Positions 14,017 through 27,685 of a DNA stretch of 64,000 bases are shown here, in pieces (positions within the stretch are counted from its first letter, which is position 1; every line of letters begins with the position of its first letter). Source of the DNA: Psammoneis japonica. Lineage: Eukaryota. The translations under genes were made by a program, and so were the position numbers. The stretch spans positions 1 through 64,000 of the forward strand of contig QPGO01000237.1 of NCBI GenBank assembly GCA_008632985.1, read 5' to 3'. The notes beneath the pieces are model-generated. The model was not told the DNA's origin. It saw nothing but the letters and a program-made list of their open reading frames with translations, and ran no database searches.

Positions 14017-15129
14017 CTCGCCCCCATGACAAGGTCATACGAGTGACAGAAGGGTCCCACTGCTGGAAAAGGACATTTTTTGTTGTGTCCAAAGTGCCAG
14101 CATACATGCCTTATCACACATGAAGGATGTCATTGTCGTTGCCATTTCAGTGGACATTTTGCCACTTGTGGCCTCCAGAACATGGATGCTGCACAGTGCA
14201 TGCATGCTGCACTTGAACGGCAAGACATCGCTGTGTGCTCTAGAGTCTACCCTGGTCACTGTCATGCCATGTCGGCCATTTTTTATCAGATGCGGTTTGC
14301 TTCCAGTCATCGGTGTCAGCATGTTATGAATCCTCAGAGAGGCACACATTTTCGATGGCATGAAGTTCTCTGTTTACCTTTGCGTCATCACATGCCATGC
14401 GCTTTAACGTGCTTCTAATGGCTCGTTCAACAATGACGTCAAATTCCTCTACATTGCGTGCGTCAGTCATTTTCTGAGCTGACGTCACTTTGATTCGCTT
14501 GACTTGACGTTTCAATTCCCTGCACTCTTCAGCACTGGAGTGTTCTTGTGGACCCTTGTGGGTCATGGGTCTAGGGTTCTCATCCATTCATGCTTCAACA
14601 CTCAACTCAATCATGATTTGCCGGCCTGATCAGCTTCAACCCTCAATGCAGCCTGGAGGCCTGGGCTTTGATGCTTTGACGATGGGGTTGCGGGTGTTCT
14701 CGTCCACCAAGGTAAGAAACACTTTTGTGTCATTGTTGCACTTGTGATCTATGTCATGCCAAGACAACCAAGGCTTTTTCACCATGGACACCGCTGCAAA
14801 TTGGCACAGTGGCTCACAAACAGAAACATGAGGGATCAGTCTCTCAACGTGCAAGGAGCATCTGCACCAAGGAGAACAGAGACATTCTGGACGCGTTCTA
14901 TTCAATCAATTATTCAATGGTCTGTAATTCTCACTCTACTTTTGATTGTGTCCAGAATTGATGTTGGCAATCAGGAAAATGGGCATTTGTTGGATCCAGA
15001 GCAAGTTGGCAATGTGGACGACCCATTTGGCGTTGCTCTCGCGCATGCATTGGGTGGCATTTTTGCATGTCGCAATGTGGCTCAGATTTGGGCAGATGCA
15101 AATTCATCTGTTGGTGACATGACATGTGA

Positions 15130-16372
15130 GGAGGAGCATCATCCCATTGACTTTTCTCCTGTGCATCACTGACGAATCGATGATCACTCTGACAACTGTG
15201 CCAAACGAACGACTCGATTCGATGTGGAGGAGTTGAGAGTGTTGCATGATTTGTTTGAGCCACCCGACACAGTTCTTGTGCCATGTGCTCATGGGCATCA
15301 TTGCCAATTCACTGGTGAGGAATTGTTTTTGTTTTCCTTGACTGAGGTGGCACTTAGACTCGACAACACCGTGTTGGTGGATAACTGCTTTGGAGGCAGG
15401 GATTTGACTCGGTGGTCACATGGATGTCGGTGGTTTTTGATGTATCTTGATGACAGACATGCTCCTGTTGTTGGACAAGAAGCACTTCAGAGGTGGGTTG
15501 ATGATTTTCCATTGTTTGCCAGAGCAACAGAGTGCAAACTGAAGCAACAGACCACTTGGACTGACCCAGATGCTAATCAAGTATACAACATCCCCGGTCT
15601 TGTTTATCCACCAGGGGAATTCAACATTGTGGGCTTCATGGATTGTTCAATTTTTGAAACAAACACTCCTGGAACAGGGCCAGCTGATGACTGGGTAGAT
15701 GCTCCTCGGCGCCCCAACTCGGATGACATTCAGCGATCTGTTTGCACGGGCTACAAACATGTTCACGGAATTAAGACATTGTCCACAGTCTTTCCAAATG
15801 GCTTGTGCATTGCACGGGATCCTGCTTCAGCTTGTGGGCAAGTGCAAAGTTGTTTGTTCTGTGCTGCAATTGTTTGTCACATCAAACACAGGCACTTGTC
15901 GATTTGCGTTCGATTTTTGAGTTTCCCAGAGCTGACACCGATTTGCAGCACTTGTCTGCCATGAACCAGCACTTGGCAGACATGCAACAAGGACACTTTC
16001 AAGATGGTGTGCTGCATGCAGTGTGTGCAGACTGGGGATTTGCTCAGCAACAATGTGGGCTCCACGCGCATCAACCTGGCCACAACGGGGTGCTGCTGCT
16101 CACGCCCATGCAAATGCTCAAAAATTATCGGCTCAAGGTAGTGCGCATCACTGTGGAGTGGAGCTGTGGCATTGTGTCAAATGTGTTTCGTATGTGAAGG
16201 ACATTCTGCCCTTTCAAGCTTTGCCATGAAAGCCCGCATGCTTGCGAGCAGCTTAGTGTGTCTTTTCCACTGACAAACTGCTACACGTGCTTTCATCATA
16301 ACCAGATTGGAGCGATCGGCACTTTTGGTGTTGATCCTCCGTCAATTCAAAACTGCTTAAATTTACATTTTA
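15130..16372 (+). pseudogene. PIF/Harbinger (DDE_Tnp_4-type) transposase pseudogene
   Basis: GFMDCS...QRSVCTGYKHVHGIK..VFPNGL, AVCADWGF, RITVEWSCG motifs; likely intron near 15838-15930; N-terminus truncated. Confidence 0.85.
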
Positions 16373-16437
16373 GATGCAAACTTAGCACAGAATGTAGCTT
16401 CTTGTGTCTTTATGTCACAGATCTCCTGGCACTTCTG

Positions 16438-16752
16438 TGTGACATTTTAGAAAGACTGTGGACATTCCAAAGATGTCCAATCTTCTTAGAGTTTCTACAT
16501 GGCTGAGTCAGATGTCAGAAAGTTTCAATGCAAGTGTCAAACCTCCACCGTGACCCTTAGTGCACATTCTACGTGAGTGACATTCGAAGAATGTCTGTTT
16601 TCTGACGTGGCATCATCCAAGATCTTTTGGATCACAAAACAAGAGATTCACTTTTAGACCAGTTTTAGCTCATAATTTCAATTAAGCACGAGTTAGCAAG
16701 ACAACTCATTGCTAATTTACTGGCTTTTAGCACCTTGTGCTGATCGAAAGCA
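16438..16752 (+). repeat. 5' LTR of element C
   Basis: TGTGACATTTTAGAAAG...; direct repeat of 29697-30011; right end approximate. Confidence 0.88.
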
Positions 16753-16833
16753 GCTCCCACATGCTTCCTCTGCAACCTGCTTTGCAACTTTGATTTCAAG
16801 CCAGCTGTTGATCGAAACCTGAACCATTCGACA

Positions 16834-18313
16834 ATGGTTGCCACCTGCACTTCATCTGCTGCGGCTGGAACTCCTGCTTCAGCTCCTGCTGCAGCTCCTG
16901 CTGCTGCTCCTGCTGCCGCTCCGGCAGCCGCACCTGTGCCAGTGCCACCAATTTCACCGGTTCCACTGGTTCCACCAGTCCCTCCTGTGGGTGGTGGTGG
17001 AGGCGGTGGTGGAGGAGGTGTTCCACCAGTGCCTCCAGCACCTCCGGCACCTCCTGCAGCACCTGCTGTCAGACCCACATTTGCATTGACCCCGGGTCAG
17101 CACCGTCCAAACAACTGGATTGACTGCAGCACCTTGCAAGGTCTCAAGCTCTGGAATGCTGCTACGGCTCCACTACCTCACGAGTTCAATGGAGACTCTG
17201 AAGGTCTCAACAAGTCCTGTGAAGTTCTCAATGAATGAGCAGTAGAGTCAGGATGGAAGTCAGGAATGGGCAACATCATGTCGATCCCTGACAGCAACGG
17301 AGTCGCTCGAGATTTAATCACTGAGCATGGCAGACTTGCCATACAGAATGTGCGCGATCATGCTACAGCCTGCATGGCTGCTCAATCAAGGCAAGCCCAG
17401 AACCAAGTCCAGATGGCTGAGGCGATCTCTCAGACGCTAACTGTGAAAGCTGGAGACAAGATCATCACCGAGAGTGAGCAACACAAGATCAACGGTGTAC
17501 AAGTTGGCACACCATTCTTCAAACTGCTTGCTCAGAAGGCCATCGTGGATGCTCGCTTGACTGCTAACTACTTCCGCAAGAATTTGTCCAGCCTTGACTT
17601 GCTCATGTTCACCTGTGACTCGAACATCGAAGAGTTCAACAAGCAAGTCAAACTCAACTGTGAGACTTTGTGCTGGGGGAGAAGGCTGCGACGATTTGAT
17701 CATCAACCTGCTCAAAGGATACGCTGCCGCTATCAACCAAGCTTTTTTCAAGCACATGGCCGACATCAAACAGGAGCACGACGATGGTGAGGACTGCACT
17801 CCAGAACGAGTCATGAAACTAGCATTAGACAAGTGCACGAACCTTGATCGAGCTGACAAATGGGGAGCTCTCTCTCCCGAGCAAGAGCGGATCATTGCGC
17901 TCACTTCCGAAGTGGAGACCATCAAAGACCACAATCTCAAGCTGTCCAAGGCGCTCAAGAGTAGTCCCAACCAGTCCAAGGGAGGTGGAGGCAAGATGAA
18001 GACCAAAGGCAACAAAACCAAGAATCAAAAGCATGCCAAGAAACAGGATGAGGCCTGGAAGAAGACACTGCCAAAGGACAGTGATCCTACGAAAACCGTC
18101 AACAGTCACAAGCATCACCACAAGAGTCAGAATGGTCGCGACCACCATTGGTGCAAGTGTCACTCCCCATGGGTAGCTCATTTGCCTGATGACCCAGGAG
18201 ACAACGGTTGCCGTCTGCGCAAAGCTCAAGAAGCCGACACCGAATCCAAGACCAAGAAAACCTCCTGTGCCAACGCTCTCACCATCATCGAGGACCTTGA
18301 CTCTCAGGAATGA
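16834..18313 (+). pseudogene. gag: copia gag (element C) with Ala/Pro/Gly-rich N-terminus
   Basis: FALTPG, WNAATAPL, SNIEEFN, KWGALSPEQERIIAL and HWCKCH..WVAH..C knuckle; one stop and one frameshift. Confidence 0.8.
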
Positions 18314-18639
18314 CTGGTCCGGCGTGCATTCTGGACATGGGCCTTCTGCATGAAAGTTGTCTTCGCCGCCTTTGCGATGGCCCCAGTCATCACAAGTTTC
18401 GTGGACACGATGGGACCGCTGTTGGCACTCACCCTGTTTACGACGCTCAACCTGCCAGAGAACAAGTGGAAAAGAACATCTAAGTCAGTGATGACGTTGG
18501 GTGAGTGGATCATCTCACAGATCCCGGCTGACAATTTGACTGGATGCAAAACAAGGCGAAACAAGACTCGCCACTCACCACGATACCTCACTCCGAGCAA
18601 GAAAGGCCACCCTGCAAAAACAGCCTGTAAGAGAGCGCA

Positions 18640-20849
18640 GTGCGAAGTTGTCTTTCACAAGATGGTCTATGCTCACACCTCCACCATGACCACACACCAT
18701 TCAAACGAGAGTCGAGACCGGAACCAGCATCCTGCGACTCCGACTCCTTCATCATCAGTGTCGACAACCACGCCACATGCACTGTGTCCAATGACTGTTC
18801 CCACTTCATTGGCGCTCTTCATCACACGAATAAATGGATCAAGGGAGCAGGTGGGTGGTTAAACACAGAAGGGGAAGGTACACTCAAATGGTGCATTGAA
18901 GATGACGCTGGACAAGTGCACACAATCACCATCCACGACGCATTGCATGTTCCCAACTTACCCATTTGCCTCCTCTGCCCTCAGCAATGGAGCCAGCAAG
19001 CTCAGGATCATTGTCCTGAACCACACGGAACAACTTCCTGGAACTGAGATGACGGTCTCCTGCTCATGTGGGATCAAAGGAAGCACACGAGTCTGGTCCC
19101 TTGGACCAACAACTCCAATGTTGCATGCTTCCATTCTGCACCCAGTGCTGCCAACTGTCGGGTGTTCGCCGCCGCAGTCAATGCTGATGACGACATCGAG
19201 ACTGTCAAGCACGTAGCCTGTCAAACACACATGATGCCTGCAAACCACAAAAGTGACCCTGAGTCCACGGACGCTGTGAATGACAAAGACGCCCTCACAA
19301 GTCCTGACGAGACAGGTCCTGACGAGACCCAAGGTGCACGCAACAATGTTGATGAGGAAGTGCCACTGTTGTTCAAACCAACAGATGCTGCACACAGATC
19401 CGACTCACCTGATGAGAACCTCAGAGATCTGGCAACCCCAAAAGTCCAAACCAAACTGCCAGATCCCATCAATGTCATGCCTGACGATGATGCCCCAGCG
19501 GCCACCGACAACCAAGGTGAAATGTTGCATTGGCACCATCGCCTCGGACACCAATCATTCAAGATGATCAAGCTCCTAGCTGCATTGGGTGTCCTCCCAC
19601 AACGCCTCCTGAAGGTCAAGGAACCCAAATGTGCCAGTTGCCTCTACGGTGCCATGACCAAACGCCCTTGGCATGCCAAATCCAAATGGAAATCGAACAT
19701 GCATGTTGCTACAAAGCCAGGGGAGGTCACATTGGTTGATCAGCTCGAAAGCTCCACCCCAGGTTTCATCCCTCAACTCAAAGGCAGACCCACAAAGCAA
19801 AGACACAGAGTGGCAACAGTGTTTGTCGATCACTGCTCCAAACTCGGATGTGTGTTTCTGCAACGGTCACTCACCTCGGACGAAACGCTCAAAGCCAAAC
19901 ACGCATTTGAAGCCTTTGCAAGACGACATCATGTGCCAATCAAGCACTGCCACGCCGACAACGGCCGATTTGCAGACAACGCTTTCACACAAGATGTTGA
20001 GAAACAAGGTCAGACAATCTTGCACTGCAGTGTGAACGCCCACTTCCAAAATGGAATCGCTGAAAAGCGAATTCGTGACCTACAAGAACAGACTCGAAAG
20101 CAGCTCCTACACGCAAAAGCAAGGTGGCCATCGGCCATTGAGATCAATCTCTGGCCAAGTGCACTGCGCAATTCGAACAAGCTCAAGAACAACTCACCAA
20201 ACCATGAAGACGGAACTTCACCGATCGAACGATTCGCGTCCGTTGAGGCAGCTCCAAACCTCAAGCAGCACCATGCTTTCGGATGCCCGGTCTGTGCGCT
20301 GGACAATCATCTGCAAAGCAGTCAGAGCCTGCCTAAATGGAATCCAAGAGCAAGGTTAGGCCTGTGCTTGGGTCCATCTCCAAGGCACACAGGATCAGTT
20401 GGCCTGGTCCTAAATCTGGAAACCGGACTTACCTCGCCTCAATTTCACGTTCAACACGACGATTTCTTTGAGACTGTACGACCTTCGGCAGGGAATCCAC
20501 CAACATTCTCGCAATGGCAAACTGCATCAGGACTCAAGAAACAAAAGATGTCAAGATTTAATGTCTTCAAGCCACAAAGGGAAACAAGGGAGCCCAACTC
20601 CAGCACTGCATTGGCCAGCTCCGATGCCAGAACCGGAAATTCCACCACAACTTGACATTCAAGATTTCCTGACTGTTGATGATGAAACGTTCGAACCAAT
20701 GCAAGACTCTGCACCTGCAGACACTGAAGAGACGGCTCCAGAGCAAACAAGTGTTAGCAAATCAGGAAGAGTGCGCAGACCAACGCAACGGATGATGGAA
20801 AGTCAGGAACAATGAGCCGCCGGAATTGTGTCCCATCAAGCACCCCATT
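18640..20849 (+). pseudogene. pol: copia protease, GAG-pre-integrase and integrase (element C)
   Basis: ISVDNHAT protease motif, WHHRLGH...CASC, VDQLES, ADNGRF, QNGIAEKRI, FGCPV, SPQFHV. Confidence 0.92.
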
Positions 20850-20854
20850 GCGAG

Positions 20855-21130
20855 TGACAGAAATTGAAGGCAAATGGCAAGAATTCAAACAACAACTCCT
20901 TGCTGCTGTCTAAATGGCAGATGAGTCTCCGCTCAGAGACCGTTGCAGGAGCCGAGAGACGTGCAAGTCGGTATAATCGGGCTACTGTTGCCATTCTTGT
21001 GAGCCTTGTGGCTCGAAAGCAAACTACATCGCGCGTGAACGCGCGGAACTAAAGCACACAAAACTGTGCGCGGTAAACTAAACAGCGCGCAATGCTTCGC
21101 GCGCATCCAAATCCTGTTCAAATCCTGTCA
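20855..21130 (-). repeat. 3' LTR of element B
   Basis: Differs from the 5' LTR at 9 of 276 positions by manual alignment. Confidence 0.97.
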
Positions 21131-24100
21131 CTCCCCAGTTTGCTTGAGGAGCCACAGAAACAGATTCGACTTCGGATGGAATGAAGTTCCAGAACATGAG
21201 GGGTCGGAGAAGGTCCCAGATTTGGGAGTGACCCCAATGCTTGCTGAGAATGTCAGCAGGGTTGCGGGAGCCTTCGATGAAGTGGAACTCAAGGTAACCA
21301 GAGGCAATTGCCTCACGCACACGGTGGAACGATAGTGTGGTGTGTCGCTTGTGTAACTTGGAGTGCGGGATGGTGGCACTGTCTACAACCGACTTGTTGT
21401 CACCGAACATGTAACTGACATTACGGATCGGGACGCCAAGGTAGCGCAGGGTGATGCGCAGGTCGACAATCTGCTCAACACAATTCCTTGCGGCAACAAA
21501 TTCAGATCCGCAGGTTGCAGTCTCCACGGTGGCTTGTTTCTTGGAGAACCAATCAGCCGGGAATTTGTTGAGGAAGTGGAGCATTCCCATGACAGAGCGT
21601 CCGGTGAGCATGCAATGGTACAAGTTTGCATCGACGTAGTGGGTGGTAGTGACGAACTTGCCAAGGGGCGGTGGAGCGTCCTTCGGGATCATCTCTTCTG
21701 CTTCACCATACACGGAATGCATCCATTCGTAGGCCGGAGCAGGGAGATCCGAACAGTCGGGCTCTTCCGTGCGAACGCGGAGAGCACCATGTCGCATCTT
21801 GGAGAGGCACCCACAGACGTGTTTGGCACGATCCAAGTGGCCTTGACGGGGCGCAGCTCGGAAGCTAGAGAGTGACATGACGGCCGTGGTAATGTCAATT
21901 CGACCAAGGGACACTGCCCATTGGAGTGAACCAACAAGAGACTGGAACTTGTGAATGCCATCGGGTCCCAGCAGTTCGGAAGTGTCCAGTTCGGGGTGGT
22001 CACCCTTCTCTAGAGGTGACAGGGCGTTGGTGGCAGGTTTCTCCCCAAACAGTCGGGCGTAGCTGTCGACCATGCGCTCGATGTACTTGCGCGGAGACAG
22101 GCACAAGGTTCCGTCGGGGTCCCGGGAAAAGTCGCAACCCAGATGGAACTCAATGGGTCCCGCACCCTTGAGCTTGAACTTGTACTTTTCCGTGAGAGTG
22201 TCGACGAAAGATTGAGGGTCCTTCATGGCAATGGCGAGGTCATCCACATAAACGGCAATGTATTCATAGTGGTCGTCGTTCCTGCGCATCCAAATGTCGG
22301 GTTCGGCGCGGCAGGGGAAGAAGCCTTCAGCTCGCAGGCAGTCGGCGAAGCGCTCGTGCCAGCGGAGACCGGAGCTGCGGAGTCCATACAGTGCCTTGTG
22401 GATGACAAGGATGTGTCCTTCGAGTTTGCCAAATTCGGGTCCAGCTACAATGTAAAGCTTCTCCTTGGTGGTGGCTTCAAGGTGGGCATTGCCAATGTCG
22501 GTGGCCCATGTCTCCAGCTCGTTGAGTTCGGCCAGGAAAATCATCAGCCGAAGGCCACGAAGGGAGACTACTCCGGAGTGGACACTGTCGACAGGTACGT
22601 CCGTGAGGTGCCCGTCGGCTGCGAGTCGTGCCTTGTGGCGACCGTCGTGTTTCACGTCGTACACCAGGTGCACTCGGATCTTCTTGTGTCCCGCAGGAGG
22701 AGTGGAAGACTTGAAGGGCCCGCAGTCATGGAAGACTTCGTATTCGTCGAGTTGGTCCATCTCGAGATTAGTTGCGTCTCCCCACTTGCGGTTGCCGTTG
22801 CGTTCGTCTAGTGACATGGCGTGTTTGTAGTTCCGGGGAACTTCGTGTCCGTACTTGTAGCGAGGTGCAGTGCGGAAGGAGCGAAGCTTGGCTTGGTTGG
22901 CCATGCGAAACAGCTTCTTTTGGCGCCTCGCGATGGTGCGGAACCGCTTCCATCCATCCGTGTCGAGGAGTCCGTTCTCTCGTGCATAGATGGCACAGGT
23001 GACGGGGTCGTCCTTGGCGATGATGGCAAGAGGCTCGGACGTGATCTCCCACTTTCCCATTCAAGCATGATGTTGTAGCTTGAGCCTTTCCAGGTTGGGT
23101 CATGAGGCTTCAGAGGGCCTTCGTGTGACACGATGCGTCGAAATTTCCAAATGGTGGTGTCTTCGTCTTCTTGCTCAATGTGATTCATGATGTCATTGTA
23201 GGCAAGGACTTCCTCGTATTCGTCATTGTTGACAGAGCAGACGAACTTAGTGAGCTCGGGATTGCCGTTCACTTTCCATTCGTGGTCTTCGACGGCCTTG
23301 ACGATGCGAGCTCTGTGGCGTTGTCCGTCCTCTTGTGGCTGCATGAGGAAGGTACGTCCAATGATGTCTTGCGGATCGAAAACTGGCATCTTGGGTGTCC
23401 TGATCTCCCCATCAGGAGAATCGACGGGGTTGTCATCATGGCGAGATTTGATGATGGGCACAGGTGGCTCCCCATCAGGAGGATCAAGACGCAGGTTTCG
23501 AACGGCAGGATCGGGGGTGGCGGAGCGAACGTTGGACCGGCAGAGGATCTTCTGAGTCTCGTCAGATAGAATCTTGAAGGTCATCTGGTGGCCGACGTGC
23601 TCAGCAATGCCAACGAAGCGTCCACGCAACTCACGAGATTCGGACGGCCAATCGGAGTCATCGAGGTGGAAGTACACTGGTTCCCACCAGTGAAAGCGAA
23701 GCAATGGGCTGATGTCCGGGGTGGATCCAGTGAGAGTCTCGAGGGGCGTGCGCCAGTGGAGACGTGGGGACGCTGTATGGTTGAGCATGAAGCACACGTA
23801 CATGAGCGCCAGCAGCCATGTGTGGGCGGGCGAACCAAAGCGGTCCATGACAGTGTTCGCCATGCGCTTCACAGTCTGGTGTCGACGCTCGGCAAAGTTT
23901 TGGTGTTGCTGGTGAGGCTCACTTTGCCAGCTGGAGATGAAGAGGGCGCGTAGGATCCCGAGCACTTTGTTGCTGATCTCAACTTGAGCACGGTCGCTAA
24001 TGAGTTTGGATGGGGCACCACGTTCACGGATCTGATCCTCGAGTGTGTTGACAAACTCTTTGTCCGTCTTAGTGCCGTAGACGTCAGTGACGGTAGACTC

Positions 24101-26746
24101 GGTGCCAACAAACAGTTGGGCGCTGGTGCAACCAGAGTCGACGGCCGGGGTGTCGGCACAAACGGTGTCAGTGGCGACAGGCTCGTTGCGACGGTGCACA
24201 TTAAGGGCGGGGTTGGGTGATTTGAAGGCCTTGCGAAGGTGTGTACCGGCGGGCATGCGGGCGTACTGCGTGGTGCAGTCAAAAGTACGATGGACCGTGT
24301 CGGCAGGTAGGAAGCCAAAGTAAGGCCGAAGAGACTCGAAGGGGGGGTCCTTGGGCTGTACAGTGCGCTCCGGAGGTGGAACGTCATCGCCCTTGGGGTC
24401 AATCGCATGCAGATGACACTCGTAGAACACGTCGTCATTCGGAATGAGGTGATCATCGAGGGCGGACGCGTGATCGGCAGACAAGGAAGCGGACAAGATG
24501 GTCTCGTTGACAACGACACGGTGACGGTAGTTGCCGTATTCGTCAAATAGGTTGGCAGTGGGATCGTCCTGTAGGTCAGAGATCGCGTCGTACCACTGGT
24601 CATCGTCAGTGACAGAGTGATCGAGGACGGAAGGGTCCCATGTGTCATCACCGGTGAGGATGACGTGGGGCAGGGTGTCCCATTCGGCGTCAGTGTAAGG
24701 TCGCATGGCAACATAAGGCAGGCCAGCCTTGATGTCAATGGGGATGACATAGCCATCAGGAGTGGCAATACATTGCAAGCCGTTGGGCACCTTGACAGAG
24801 CGATCGTTGACATCCTGTTTGTACCATTCGAGCTGGCCGCAGGAATGGATGGTCTTGCCCTTTCCCGTGTGTGCGCACTGATGGAGGATGGCGATGACGG
24901 GACCACACTGGGTCTCAATGATGGCACCAGCGGTGACAATGGGGATGTCCACCAATTGATGATCGTCAATGCCCTGAACGTCGACTTGGCGAGAGGTGCG
25001 TGCGATGACGCGGACGTCATCGCCAGCAATGCCGCCGTTGGCCCCACGATCGACTAGAGCGCCAGTGCGTGTGGAGCGATGAGCAGAGGCAGAGTAAATG
25101 ACATTGTGGTTGTCAACGCGGCAGCAAGTGCGGCCGTTAAGTTCTGTGTCATCTGCAGAAGCTGGCGGGGTAGAGGAAGCGGCGGATGGCCCCGGTCGAC
25201 TGGCACTGGGGGCTTGGTTAGGAGACAACAGACGTTGCAGATCACCGGGTGGCAGTGGCTTGCGCTTGGTGAGGTGCGCCAGGACAGGATTATCCGAAAT
25301 GGCATCCACATGTGCAGCGGAGTCACCATAGTCAGCAGGAGTCGTGTTGGACAAGTTGACATCACCGTCACTCCCAAGGTGTTGGTCGTGAAGGTTGGCC
25401 GTAACAGACTCATGGTAGTCACTGGCTCGCGGGTTGCGGGGAGGCGGACGAGAGTGCTCAAGGATGATCGCCTTGGAGGAATCGGGCAACGAATCCCAGA
25501 GCCGTTGGTGGTCGGGAGGGAGACGTCTCCATTGGACACCGGTGAGGCTGGGACCACGGGTGTAGGCAGCATTGGCGTGAAGGACGTCAACGTCGCTGTC
25601 AATGTCGTAGAACACATCGTCGGACGGTTCCTCGGAGTGGACGTCGTGTGCGCATATGGCGCGTCGGGGAGCTCGAGGTGTCGTCTTGGGTTGGAACGTG
25701 CTGTCGTACTGAGCTGCCACGGAGAGGAGCAAGCCACAGCATTGATCGTATGTGAGGCTCTTGCCACTCTGCGTACGATGCTGATCAGCTTGGTTCTTGA
25801 CAGCACGGAGTTCCTCGACAGGGTGCACGGCATTCTCGAGCATGACGCGCTTCTGTCCTTCAGAGAAGTGGTCGCTGGCGGGGATGAGTGCCTCGTACTT
25901 GCACAACTGATCTTGCCAATGAAGGATGAACCCGTGGGTCGGACCTTTCCAAGTGCCATCACCAAGACGTGCGGTGGTGAGGTACGTGAGCAGGGTGGAG
26001 GACTCGACAGATGCACGGGTGGAGGCAAGCGCGCATTCAGACAAGGAGCGGCAGACGGTCTGTGCGTCAGAGGACCCCACATTTTCGCGAATGAGAGCCT
26101 TGCCCTTGTCGGTGAGAAGGATGCGTTCGAAGACGGCGAACATGCACTTTTGCTGTTCAGCAAAGAGCAGTTTGTCTTCGGGGCTGGTCGGTTTGTACGA
26201 CGAGTCTAGAATGCACTCGACGTCTTGGGCACGGGCTTGTGCCACAAGTGAGGTGTGCCAAGTGTGCCACTGCTTGTCGGATTTGAGAGCCGTGAAAGCG
26301 GTGGGATCACGCTTGATGCCTCGTTTGAAGTCTCGCACCGGGTCGCGTGCCTTGGTCGGGTTGGTGACATGTGGAGGTGCAAGGGGTGAGCTGCCGATGG
26401 ACAGAGAGGACATGTAGTCCGGGCTGAGGCGGCAGGCAAGGAACTCGTCATGCGTGAACAAAGAGGAGTCGTTGGCAACGTCAAGACCTTTGTGTGCTTT
26501 GACAATGTACAGGCTAACCAGTGCTGCTAACATGTTCTTATAACCACGGGGCAAAGGGATTACATTGGTGCCGTTGTCGTACTCAAGCGAGTCGATTTGG
26601 GACGGCATGAACGTGAATAGTTCCTGATACGAGTCCGTGCCGTCTTGGGCCAAAGCCAAACGAAGAGGACTCCCAGCACCTTGGGCAAGCACGGTTCCAA
26701 CAACGTGCTCGAAACCATCGGTTTGTTGCTGACGAGTGAGAACCAT
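21078..26746 (-). pseudogene. gag-pol: gag-pol polyprotein of element B with one frameshift near 23050
   Basis: ORFs 22808-26776 and 21078-23060; LVDRGANG protease, ATDT...ISDRA...QNFAERR integrase, YVDDL RT, YVDANL/ADILSK RNase H; 1-nt loss (GAAAGTGGGAG versus GAGAATGGGGAG in the paralogue at ~3028). Confidence 0.95.
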
Positions 26747-27685
26747 GGTGGACAAAAGTGGTGTCAGGACAATCAATTCTGGTTGGGAAGCGAAGGTAGA
26801 CTCGAAACTTGGGTGAGAATAGACTTGACTTGAAACAGACTTGACTTGAAATCTTGAACTATCTTAAAATCAGAAGTCGCCGGGCTTTGTTATCCCGTTC
26901 GTTGTTAAGTGCTAAACTTCCTATCCGGTCCGTAGAGTTGTGCCGGCACGTCTGAACCCGCAGCTAGTGGCGCTTTGGGTTGCTTACGAGTGGAGTAGCG
27001 GGTTGTAAACCCCTGCAGGTAAGCTGACTAGAGGTGGACAAGACCCCCGAACCGTTCTTATTTTATATCGGTTGGATTTCCCGATCAGGCTGGCCAGTTG
27101 ACGTAGGCGTTAGGCGCTGTGGACGAACGAACAAACGCGGGAAAGCACCCTCGCCCCAACGTAGGCTGTAATCACGGCTGCTTGCTCTCACAGTCATCCT
27201 CGTGGACCTAGCAGAACTGTAGAGCACCAGTAGTCCGGGGTAGATCAGGTACAATGGACTCGGTGTGCTTGTAGAGTGGTAGCAAAACCGTAGTCCGAAG
27301 AGTGGGTACAGGTTCTTGGCCGTGAAGATATGTATATATATATATGTCTTCAGCGACGAAGATCTCTGAATATGTAGGGTTCTTGACCGTTAACCGATGA
27401 ATAGGTATATCAAGGGATGAGGATCAAGGATAGACTTGGATATGACCGTTGAATGTATGTCTTCAGCGATCAAAGGTAGTATAATCAATCCAGATATCCA
27501 GCGGTAAGGAGACTTGACGGTGATGTTAACTTCCTGCCGATGCCCTGGTATCGAATGCGCGTAGACTTGCCGATGTATGTAGAATATATACGGAGGTCCA
27601 CGTAGAATTGAAATAGCGTCGTTGGTAAATCAACGACGACGATGGCGGTTGCTCAATGGGTTGACAATGAGCAAGACTGTTAATC

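Noticed and set aside
23040..23062. Programmed ribosomal frameshift in B pol
   Set aside because: The paralogue at ~3028 is in frame with one more G, so this is a simple deletion or a sequencing error.
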